Shown here piece after piece: positions 8,971 through 19,581 of a DNA stretch of 26,737 bases; position 1 is the stretch's first letter; each line of letters starts with the position of its first letter. The notes beneath the pieces were generated by a model that saw only the letters and a program-made list of their open reading frames with translations, was not told the DNA's origin and searched no databases. The stretch is from a virus (taxonomy: Duplodnaviria; Heunggongvirae; Uroviricota; Caudoviricetes), in the IMG/VR virus record IMGVR_UViG_2703718837_000009; one strand, given 5' to 3'. The position numbers and the translations under genes were made by a program.

Positions 8971-9569
8971 TACGCAAACTCCAGTAGTTGTGCGGCCACA
9001 TTTTCAACTTCCTCCTGAGAGGAGAATTTACGGAACAGAATCCAGTTCCACAGCACATTCAGAACAGATTTATAAACCTGCTGAAACTCGGTTTCGTCCA
9101 TATTCGCAAACGCGATGGATTTCGCCCTGCGCCCACGGCTACCGTCCGGATAAATATGCTCGGTGTAAAATCCGGCCTGAATGGTTACCCACTCGCGGAA
9201 AGCCTCAAACGACTTTAGCAATGCCGTATCCCGAGTTCTGCGTGTCGCAACTGTATTTAGATATTGCTCTGCGGCATCACTCAGGGCTGGTGTGTGTTCC
9301 CGACCAACTGATTCGCACAAGTAATCCACGAAACCAGACAGCAGTTCTCGTTCGCGAGGTGTGATCGCCCCACCGACCGGAGTCCAGTAATCGAATCCCA
9401 GTTGCAGGAGTTTGAAAAAACGCTTGTGGAATGCGTAGTTACGCACACGCTTAAAGTCTGCGTGTATCCACTCACCTATTTTGATTTGATGCAGAAAATC
9501 GCAACTCTCCGGCGTCGCCGGGAGAAGTAAACCAGAAGAGGTTTGTTTGACCAGTTGTATATGCGCCAT
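8970..9569 (-). CDS. DUF1367-like phage protein (nin region)
   Basis: 199-aa ORF; stop overlaps the DUF1364 start (TAATG); position and pattern fit the YbcN/DUF1367 group, not verified. Confidence 0.5.
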   Translation of the reverse strand: MAHIQLVKQTSSGLLLPATPESCDFLHQIKIGEWIHADFKRVRNYAFHKRFFKLLQLGFDYWTPVGGAITPRERELLSGFVDYLCESVGREHTPALSDAAEQYLNTVATRRTRDTALLKSFEAFREWVTIQAGFYTEHIYPDGSRGRRAKSIAFANMDETEFQQVYKSVLNVLWNWILFRKFSSQEEVENVAAQLLEFA

Positions 9570-9849
9570 TTCTCAATCTCTCGATGGCGCAGCGCAGCAG
9601 ATGCCAGTTGTTCAGGCTGACGAATAAAGTATAAATAAACTGGCTATGGTGTAAAGCCCCACATAGCATGAACAAACACTACATATCAAATAGCTGGTAC
9701 AAGGATAGAAATACGACATTTATTATTAAAAACGATTAGATAAATTACATTTTAATGTTATGCAGAAGTTCTTTTTTATCATAACATTTCAATAAAAGCA
9801 TTACAGATGCAATCATCCCGTCATCATCAATTATTTAAGGTGGTTAAAC

Positions 9850-9936
9850 ATGGAAAATAACAAGTTCGCACATCTCGCTCCTTTTTTATCCGTAATCCTT
9901 TTCGCTTGTTGTTTTATATGGGCATTATTTTTATAA
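9850..9936 (+). CDS. Candidate small hydrophobic protein (28 aa)
   Basis: ATG 7 nt after AAGGTGG; MENNKFAHLAPFLSVILFACCFIWALFL, one predicted TM helix; in the AT-rich intergenic region; not in the ORF track (below length cut-off). Confidence 0.3.
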   Translation: MENNKFAHLAPFLSVILFACCFIWALFL

Positions 9937-10327
9937 AGTAGCCACATGATAAGTTGCTGGAATCATATTTCCCACTCAAGTCATTAACATTTGATAAGAT
10001 ATATCTAAAAGGACACCTTTACATTATTTATGTGTATATAATTTATTTATATACACAGTAAAGGTATCCTGGGAAAATATTTATCGTTAAAAAATACATC
10101 ATAAATAATTAAGCTGAAATTTCAGAACACAACTAATACACACAATAAGGTTCAGTAACAATAATCTATGTGGACTACATCGAGATTTTTTGATTAAACT
10201 TTAATAACTTATTCCTAACACACAGAATGCATAAACTAAAAGTAAAACAAATAGTTATACGAAAAACAACCATATTTATTATATCTTCTCCTCTAATCAA
10301 CATATCAATTATGTGTTTCATAACAGC

Positions 10328-10375
10328 TTGACATAACCCTCAAAAACACGCATTTATAATGCATGTTTTTGAGGG
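10328..10375 (+). promoter_or_regulatory. Promoter with NsrR-type palindromic operator upstream of the yeaR-like gene
   Basis: TTGACA at 10328-10333, TATAAT at 10355-10360; 39-bp near-perfect inverted repeat 10337-10375 whose core AACACGCATTT-A-TAATGCATGTT resembles the NsrR 11-1-11 consensus. Confidence 0.5.
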
Positions 10376-10382
10376 GGTGGTT

Positions 10383-10721
10383 ATGACACACAAGAGAATT
10401 CCTAAAGATTGGGTAATCAAACGCTCAACTCCGTTCTTCACAAAAGAGAACGTACCTTCAGCGTTATTAACACATCATAATACAGCAGCAGGTGTTTTTG
10501 GGCAGTTGTGCGTAATGGAAGGCACTGTAACATATTATGGTTTTACTGATGAGAATGCTACTGAACCGGAGATAAAAGTAGTCATTAATGCTGGCGCTTT
10601 TGCAACAAGCCCACCACAATACTGGCACCGTGTTGAACTAAGCGATGATGCTCAGTTTAATATTAACTTTTGGGTCGCTCCAGACTTCTCGGGCGAAAAA
10701 GTCTATAGCACCAAAAAATAG
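10383..10721 (+). CDS. DUF1971 / YeaR-like protein
   Basis: 112 aa from ATG 10383 (SD GAGGGGG); matches the YeaR pattern RSTPF...VM.G.V.Y.G..DE...EP......AG.F...PP..WH...FNI.F.VAP. Confidence 0.75.
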   Translation: MTHKRIPKDWVIKRSTPFFTKENVPSALLTHHNTAAGVFGQLCVMEGTVTYYGFTDENATEPEIKVVINAGAFATSPPQYWHRVELSDDAQFNINFWVAPDFSGEKVYSTKK

Positions 10722-10750
10722 ATGATCATATTAAAAATGCTTTAACAGTC

Positions 10751-10788
10751 AGACCCGGCAGGGCTATCCCCGACGGGTCTCATTTTTG
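10751..10788 (+). terminator. Possible weak intrinsic terminator after the yeaR-like gene
   Basis: AGACCCG...CGGGTCT 7-bp stem with a long loop, followed by TCATTTTTG. Confidence 0.3.
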
Positions 10789-11483
10789 TAAATATATTGG
10801 TTCTACATTGACAGGAGACTTCAACCATAAGAAGTAATCTGAATACTTGAGCAATAAATTTACTTAAGATTAATGAGCGCACCTTGCCGGACAAAGATAA
10901 ACCAAGGTAACACCTTTTTTCTAGCCAGTATGTAATCAATCAGAAAGCCGCTCCATAAGAACAACAGCAAGACAATAAATTGCCATTACAGCCGCAATAG
11001 CCAGCGCACATTTGAGAATCAGCACGACAACCCCCTGTATTAGACGCACACCAGTCCTGATAAATATGAGGCTGTCTCGTCAGTGATTCAATACAACTAT
11101 TGGGTATAGTTTCTGTGATTTTATTCTGTAGAAATGGAACACAACAACCAGTCACCACCAGCACTTCTTTAAATACGCCAAGTCCGACGCAAGCTAACCT
11201 TCTAGTCCGCTTTGAGCGAAAAGCGGACAGGAACATTCTGGTTAATAGATATCAATGCTAACAAAAAAGCTCCCGATGGAGATTTTGAAACCGCTTCCAC
11301 ATAATGAAATAAAAGGATTTATTTCTGGTCATGCCCACACATTGACCACGTCGAAGTAAGTAGCTCCGCTTCGCGGAGTTACTTAAGATAATTTCTATGT
11401 AGTTCCATGCTATGATTTAATTTTCAAGTTACAAAATCTAAATCTACAAATGTCCATTTGGGTGTAAAATTACACAATCCTAT

Positions 11484-13809
<2,326 letters not shown>

Positions 13810-14110
13810 TTTAATTACCTTATATATCCAAACTCTTAATTTTCTCTTTTTTACCATAGGATTAATCCAAAATAAAGACCTTGTTGACTAAACCCTCATG
13901 TACAAAATGCACACTTACTCAAAAGGATCTGGAGGCAATCTCGACCTCCATGATTTAGTTCCTAGGGATAAGCAGAAATCTAGCACTGGATTAAAATTTA
14001 AAAATAATAATCAATAGGTTATAATGGTTTTTATTCGCATCCATGGGATCTGCTGCTGCCCGCATGATGTTGGATGCGACGGCGCTGGCACGACCTCACC
14101 CGGTGAAACG

Positions 14111-14557
14111 ATGAAACGCGAAAGGGTTGTTCTTCGGGAAGGTGCAGTTGGACTTTCAATCGATGACGTTGCAAAAGAGGCTGGCGTCAGTAAGGCAACG
14201 GTAATGTACGATCATAAGTCAAAGCAAGATTTGCTCAGCGATCTCATCAGTCGCCTTATGCCAGTAGAGGAGGAACGTGTTCAGCAAGCGATAGCGGAAA
14301 GTAATAATACCCCACATCCCGCACTCTATGGGCGAATTATTTCAGCCAGTAATGCTCTCAGTCATACTGAGAGAGCAGTAGTGCTGGCGGTCAGCGAATC
14401 GTTAACTAACGATACGAATATCAGGGACACCATGCGTTCCTGCACAAACAAAGATTTGGATGAGATAAAAAGAGGACCAAAACCAGACGTTGCCGTCCTG
14501 GTATATTTGGCGTTATCTGGTATCTACTGCCAAGAATTTTTTGATTTTTACAAATGA
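14111..14557 (+). CDS. TetR-family transcriptional regulator
   Basis: 148 aa from ATG 14111 (SD GGTGA); N-terminal HTH LSIDDVAKEAGVSKATVMYDHKSKQDLL; divergent from the three-gene operon. Confidence 0.7.
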   Translation: MKRERVVLREGAVGLSIDDVAKEAGVSKATVMYDHKSKQDLLSDLISRLMPVEEERVQQAIAESNNTPHPALYGRIISASNALSHTERAVVLAVSESLTNDTNIRDTMRSCTNKDLDEIKRGPKPDVAVLVYLALSGIYCQEFFDFYK

Positions 14558-14830
14558 TCTCCTGGCGAGCGAGATAAAATTATCGAAGGCATTCGCTGTT
14601 TGTATGAATCATACCCTTACAAGTCTGAATAAATAATGTCTCCGGGAATGACATTTCATGTGCGACTAATTCGCGATATTCCTATACGTAAAGGTCCGCT
14701 TTTGGCACAAAGTGGACAACCACGCTAGCTCTACCCTGTGCCACAAAATGTCAATTTGCATCTGAACTAATGCACTTTAATCTCGTCACTTCAATAAATA
14801 CCGAACATCCCCCTGATAAAACGACAATAT

Positions 14831-15208
14831 TCACTGCATAACTTCACTCTTCAGGCACTCGCGACAGATTATGTTCAGACGCCTGTCGTAACGGCGTATT
14901 TCTCCGTCTGGTAATGACCAGATAAGGTCAGGATCAACCACAACCGGTTTCTTCACCTTTGTCCTTGATAGTTTTTTGCGGGCGTTTTGCCAGTCTTTAC
15001 GCGCCTGCTCAGACGGGAATAATCCGTAGCCTGAATTGTAAACATCACCACTGGCGACTAGTTCTCTGGCGAGAGTGCTTATGTAATACCTTGATGCACC
15101 GGTTTTAGCCTCCAGAGCCCGTAACGTCTCGCGACCGCTCAGAGGTACAAGTTCAACAACCTGTCCTTTAATTTTTTCTCGCTCTTCTGGTGTAAATACT
15201 TTTGCCAT
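14831..15208 (-). CDS. Hypothetical phage protein
   Basis: 125 aa from ATG 15208 preceded by SD GGAGG; basic protein directly downstream of the replication module. Confidence 0.5.
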   Translation of the reverse strand: MAKVFTPEEREKIKGQVVELVPLSGRETLRALEAKTGASRYYISTLARELVASGDVYNSGYGLFPSEQARKDWQNARKKLSRTKVKKPVVVDPDLIWSLPDGEIRRYDRRLNIICRECLKSEVMQ

Positions 15209-15223
15209 AGGTGCCTCCGGCAA

Positions 15224-15985
15224 TCACTTTTCCGATGCAACATGGCGGGAAGAATCAGTAATCTGTCGTACAATATCCCTGTGCTTGTTCAACTCACGCA
15301 GCGCGGCGCAGACACGCTCCCACTTCTGGACATGATTTTTCGCCCGACGCAGTTCGCGGTTTGCCATATGCAGTGATGGTAAAACCAGGTCATCCGCTCG
15401 CGTTTCAGTAAACGATGGCAGCGACTGCACAATGTCCGCCACAGTTTCTGTTTTAATATCTTCCTGTGTTGCAGCCTCCTGTACTGGTAACGCAACACCT
15501 GCGGTCTGAGGAAAGGCCTTACCATCAGTTTCCGCTACCGATGCTGCTTTCGGCTCTGCTGGTAAATTATCGCCCGGTATGCAGTAACGAAATTTACCGC
15601 CCTGATTTACGCGAATCAGACGACCTTTGCTGATTGCCATTGCCAGCGTTGAAGCCACTTTGCGTGATGTGGTACCAAACAATGTAGCCAGCTCATCAGC
15701 CGTTTGTGGTCCTCGTTGTTCAATCGTCGCGGTTAAATCGCACTCTGAGATTTTCGCTACTGTTGCTGTGGTGATTTCTTCCGGCAGTTCTGCCTGCGCT
15801 GGCTGTTCCTGCTGAACATTGTTATCAGCCACACGCCAGGTGTACGCGCTTTTATCAACAAAACCAGCCTTTTTCAGTTCCCATAGTTCGTTCAGCACTT
15901 CTTCACGACTGATATCAAGTCGCGCAGCAAGTTCTATGGATGTGGCTTTTCCCATTGCTTTCAGTGCGTCAAAAACAGTCTCCAT
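15224..15985 (-). CDS. Hypothetical phage protein, DUF1627-like (N-terminal winged-helix)
   Basis: 253 aa from ATG 15985 (SD GGGAGA); follows the DnaC-like gene as in many lambdoid prophages. Confidence 0.5.
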
Positions 15986-16007
15986 TAAATTTTTCTCCCG
16001 GTAAAAA

Positions 16008-16754
16008 TTACTTCGCAATTCCTGGCTGGACGACATTCGGACGCCAGCTCTCCCAGTTAAAATTCACCCATCGCCCGCCGTTCATGGTCATGCGATCCAT
16101 AATCCGCTCGCCGAGCAATGTTTTCATGGCCTCATAGTTCAGGTTTGTCAGCATCCCCACGCTGCGCATCGACGCTGTCCGGCGATCAACAATCTGGTGC
16201 AGTACCACCTGCTCGTTTTTCGTCTCGCGCTGAATGCCAATTTCATCAAGAACCAGCAGATCCACTTCGCACAGTTCCCGCAAAAATTTTTCGCCTGACT
16301 GCCCATCGTCATAGCTGGCGTGCAGGGCACTCATAACATCAGCCACGGTAACCACAATCACTGTCTGACCGTCTTTCAGCAGGCGATTCCCGATAGCTGC
16401 CGCTAAGTGGTTCTTCCCGGTACCAGGTTTTCCGCTGAACGCAAAATTTGTACACCCGGTCATCAGTTCATCAGCGATGGATTTCGCCTGACTCAACGCG
16501 TATCGCTGCCCTTCGTTCTGCACCTGGTAATTCGAAAACGAGCATTTGCGGTGCAATGGCTGGATGCCAGAGCGATTCAGAATTTTTTCCACCCGCAACT
16601 GACGATTCTGACGGTTGATCTCCTCACAACGTTTCTGGCCTTCGGAAAGTTGCCACTCGCGCCACTCCGCTACCGTCTTGAATGGCGCGGTTACATGTGA
16701 CGGGGCCAGTCTGCGGATACGTTCAAGAACATCGCCTGTCGCAATATTTTTCAT
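16008..16754 (-). CDS. ydaV: DnaC/IstB-like replication ATPase (helicase loader)
   Basis: 248-aa ORF with Walker [16 protein letters not shown] and Walker B LLVLDEIG. Confidence 0.85.
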
Positions 16755-16760
16755 GGTCAG

Positions 16761-17618
16761 TTACCCCCTGAAGCCTGGCGGGATCGCACTATCCGGTAAC
16801 GAGACGGTGTTAACCTGTCGGAGTAACGTCTCAGGTCGAACACCTTTCGGCGCGAACAAGCCCTGGTATTCATTGGCGATGCTGTGTCGAATCACCTGCT
16901 CAGGTGAAAAACCCTGCTGGCGGAATTTTTCCAGCTCCCGTATCGCCCCGTTAGCGCCCTGCTCCGTTCGAATCGGTTTTCGCAATGCCTGGCGAAATTC
17001 AACCCACTCACGCCAAAGCGAGACAGAAATCCAGTTCGGCAAAGTAATATCCAGAGGGTCAAACTTTTTGACACCTCGATTCCCCCGGGGGGGATTTAGG
17101 GGGGGATCTGTTTTTAGATCTTTATCTGTATCTTTATTAGTTGCCTTTGTGTTGACATCATGTTCAAACACCACTTCAACATCTGTTTGAACACCTGTTA
17201 AATTTCTCTCTTGTTTTGTTTGAACATCTGCTTCCTTTCTGCTTCTTCTGGCCTGAACAGATGCTTTTCCTGCGGCTGATTTTTTGGTTAATTTTTCCCT
17301 GACTGATGCCAGATCTTCCTCAATCCGAAGATGCACCCATTCCTCGCCGTTATCGCAAAAAAACTCCTGCAAGGATGGTTCAACATCAGCCCATCGCTCG
17401 TTAGTCAGACGGGCAATTTTTGCCAGCCTGTTTTTAGGTATTGGCTTTCCTGTTTGCCAGTAATTGAACATCAGCAACAAATACGCACCATGCTCCTCTG
17501 CTGACAAATGCATGGTGTCAGCCAGGTAATCAGCTATGTACAGTTGCATGTATGGTAATGCGGCCATAATTGCCCCGTATGATGCTGCCCGGTGGCTTAG
17601 AATAAGCACAAACAGCAT
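16761..17618 (-). CDS. ydaU: Replication initiation-like protein (DUF1376)
   Basis: 285-aa ORF upstream of ydaV in the replication module; recognised as Rac YdaU. Confidence 0.75.
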   Translation of the reverse strand: MLFVLILSHRAASYGAIMAALPYMQLYIADYLADTMHLSAEEHGAYLLLMFNYWQTGKPIPKNRLAKIARLTNERWADVEPSLQEFFCDNGEEWVHLRIEEDLASVREKLTKKSAAGKASVQARRSRKEADVQTKQERNLTGVQTDVEVVFEHDVNTKATNKDTDKDLKTDPPLNPPRGNRGVKKFDPLDITLPNWISVSLWREWVEFRQALRKPIRTEQGANGAIRELEKFRQQGFSPEQVIRHSIANEYQGLFAPKGVRPETLLRQVNTVSLPDSAIPPGFRG

Positions 17619-17630
17619 GGAAACTTTTGC

Positions 17631-18053
17631 TTAATGAACAATGACAGAATCGTCGGAAGAACCGCCGCCGCTGAAATGCGCTTTCCGGTAAACGGCTTGG
17701 ACTGCATCATCATGCGCATCAATTGCCGTACTTAACGCTTCCTGCGCCGCCAGTAATGCACGGCGTTCCAGGGTATCGAAGATGCAGAGTCGGTGACGCA
17801 GCTCGCGCGGAAGGATTGCCAGAATTGCTGGGATCAGCTTCTGAATTTTTTCTCTTTGCGTTTTCGTTTCACCTTTCAACCAACGGTGATAGATATTCTG
17901 CTGATTGTTCCAGTCCTTGCCTGGAACCAGGGGCAATTCGCCGCCCCCCTGGCGCAGATATTCTTCAGTAATTGCATTGGCTACCCATGCCTGCCCTTTT
18001 TCGGCTGCTAGGGCAAACAACACTGATTCGATGTGCTCATGCTTGATTTTCAT
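17631..18053 (-). CDS. ydaT: YdaT (Rac prophage toxic/regulatory protein)
   Basis: 140-aa ORF directly downstream of ydaS. Confidence 0.8.
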   Translation of the reverse strand: MKIKHEHIESVLFALAAEKGQAWVANAITEEYLRQGGGELPLVPGKDWNNQQNIYHRWLKGETKTQREKIQKLIPAILAILPRELRHRLCIFDTLERRALLAAQEALSTAIDAHDDAVQAVYRKAHFSGGGSSDDSVIVH

Positions 18054-18075
18054 GAATCATTTGCCTCTTGATGTT

Positions 18076-18372
18076 TCAGGTATGATCAAATGAGGATTTG
18101 TTACTGTCATTTAGTTGCTTCACTGACATATTCTGCGAACAACATGCCGAACGTCGTAAATATGACCAGTCAATATCAGGACGAAGTTCTTCGCACAGAA
18201 CCTCACCTCTTGTTGCACGTTCAATTGCTGGACATCTCTCGGCAGGCAATTGACGTACCCCTTTGATCCATTGATTTACGCTTGGAGGTGATACACCTAA
18301 AAGCCTAGCCATTGCTGATTGCCCACCGACAACAGCACAAGCTTGCTTGAATGAATAGTTCTCTTTTTTCAT
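18076..18372 (-). CDS. ydaS: Cro-like HTH regulator YdaS
   Basis: 98-aa ORF with HTH (MARLLGVSPPSVNQWIKG), divergent from racR. Confidence 0.85.
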   Translation of the reverse strand: MKKENYSFKQACAVVGGQSAMARLLGVSPPSVNQWIKGVRQLPAERCPAIERATRGEVLCEELRPDIDWSYLRRSACCSQNMSVKQLNDSNKSSFDHT

Positions 18373-18399
18373 CGAATGAACTCCAAAAACACACAGAAA

Positions 18400-18475
18400 T
18401 ATTAGGCGACGCCTAACGCAATTGTCAATAGGCTGTGCCTAATGCAGTAAGGGTAGGGATTGCCTAATGTAATGC
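18400..18475. promoter_or_regulatory. Operator/promoter region between ydaS and racR
   Basis: Perfect palindrome TTAGGCG-A-CGCCTAA (18402-18416) and two direct TGCCTAATG copies (18436-18444, 18461-18469); TTGACA on the minus strand (plus 18423-18428) faces ydaS. Confidence 0.5.
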
Positions 18476-18495
18476 GCATAGGAGAATATTAAGCA

Positions 18496-18972
18496 ATGCT
18501 TAGTGGTAAAGACTTAGGCCGAGCGATAGAGCAGGCCATTAACAAAAAAATCGCATCGGGATCCGTCAAATCAAAGGCGGAGGTCGCACGCCACTTTAAA
18601 GTCCAACCACCATCAATTTATGACTGGATTAAGAAAGGCTCTATAAGTAAAGATAAACTTCCAGAATTATGGCGTTTCTTTTCTGATGTTGTTGGTCCAG
18701 AGCATTGGGGGCTTAACGAATACCCCATACCAACCCCCACCAATTCAGATACAAAAAGTGAACTTTTAGATATAAACAACCTTTATCAAGCAGCCTCTGA
18801 TGAAATAAGAGCGATTGTAGCTTTCCTGTTATCTGGAAATGCTACAGAACCAGATTGGGTTGACCACGATGTTCGCGCCTACATAGCAGCGATGGAAATG
18901 AAAGTGGGTAAGTATCTGAAAGCTCTTGAATCTGAACGGAAAAGCCAGAACATCACAAAAACTGGAACTTAA
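18496..18972 (+). CDS. racR: Rac prophage repressor
   Basis: 158-aa ORF with N-terminal HTH, divergent from ydaS, flanked by repeated operator-like motifs. Confidence 0.85.
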   Translation: MLSGKDLGRAIEQAINKKIASGSVKSKAEVARHFKVQPPSIYDWIKKGSISKDKLPELWRFFSDVVGPEHWGLNEYPIPTPTNSDTKSELLDINNLYQAASDEIRAIVAFLLSGNATEPDWVDHDVRAYIAAMEMKVGKYLKALESERKSQNITKTGT

Positions 18973-19082
18973 ACTTATATGGTCTGACGGAAAACTCCTG
19001 GATTCCGTTATTTAACCCCCCCATCACTTTCTGCTGTCGCCATCACCTATTAGGTTACGCTCAAAACATTAGGCATAGCCTA

Positions 19083-19111
19083 TTGACAATCAATTAGGCA
19101 TTACCTATAGT
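19083..19111 (+). promoter_or_regulatory. pL-like promoter with operator repeats downstream of racR
   Basis: TTGACA, 17-bp spacer, TATAGT; overlapped by CATTAGGCA / TTAGGCA, inverted copies of the motif found upstream of racR. Confidence 0.5.
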
Positions 19112-19280
19112 TCCAGCATACCACCCACCCCGCCCCACAGAACGCCGGGCAATACTTCGAGTTACCAGGCAGTGGTAAGGGGTTAAGTAGCCAGCCCGAG
19201 GCGTATGAACATGACGGCGGGATTCAAATTTTGCAGTGCAGCAGTTAGTTCCGCCACCCGGCGTTAAGGGGAGAGATAAG

Positions 19281-19415
19281 ATGGTGCATTACGAAGTAGT
19301 TCAGTATTTGATGGATTGTTGCGGTATCACTTACAACCAGGCTGTGCAGGCTTTACGCAGCAACGACTGGGATCTCTGGCAGGCAGAAGTCGCTATACGT
19401 AGCAACAAGATGTGA
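19281..19415 (+). CDS. ydaG: Small Rac protein YdaG
   Basis: 44-aa ORF (MVHYEVVQYLMDCCGITYNQAVQALRSNDWDLWQAEVAIRSNKM) found by manual translation; below the ORF-track cut-off. Confidence 0.55.
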   Translation: MVHYEVVQYLMDCCGITYNQAVQALRSNDWDLWQAEVAIRSNKM

Positions 19416-19425
19416 GATTCGCAAA

Positions 19426-19581
19426 ATGCAAAAAATCGACCTCGGCAACAACGAATCCCTGGTGTGCGGCGTGTTCCCCAACCAGGATGGAACGTTCACT
19501 GCCATGACGTATACCAAAAGCAAAACATTTAAAACCGAAACTGGTGCGCGCCGATGGTTGGAGAAGCACACAGTAAGCTAA
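19426..19581 (+). CDS. ydaF: Small Rac protein YdaF
   Basis: 51-aa ORF (MQKIDLGNNESLVCGVFPNQDGTFTAMTYTKSKTFKTETGARRWLEKHTVS) found by manual translation. Confidence 0.55.
   Translation: MQKIDLGNNESLVCGVFPNQDGTFTAMTYTKSKTFKTETGARRWLEKHTVS

Noticed and set aside
10940-11236. Minus-strand 98-aa Cys-rich ORF in the convergent gap
   Set aside because: No ribosome-binding site, runs across two strong hairpins, composition looks non-protein-like; the short hydrophobic frame-B ORF is noted separately as a low-confidence finding.
14024-14110. Upstream extension of the TetR ORF (start at 14024)
   Set aside because: The extension encodes an improbable Cys-rich leader (ICCCPHDVGCDG) and would start inside the -10 region; the ATG at 14111 has an SD and places the HTH at the usual N-terminal position.
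16615-17190. Plus-strand 191-aa ORF overlapping ydaU/ydaV
   Set aside because: Antisense within the replication genes; Ser/Arg-rich low-complexity translation.
19353-19571. Minus-strand 72-aa ORF between racR and sieB
   Set aside because: Overlaps the two small plus-strand genes ydaG and ydaF, which have RBSs and match known Rac small proteins; likely an antisense artefact.
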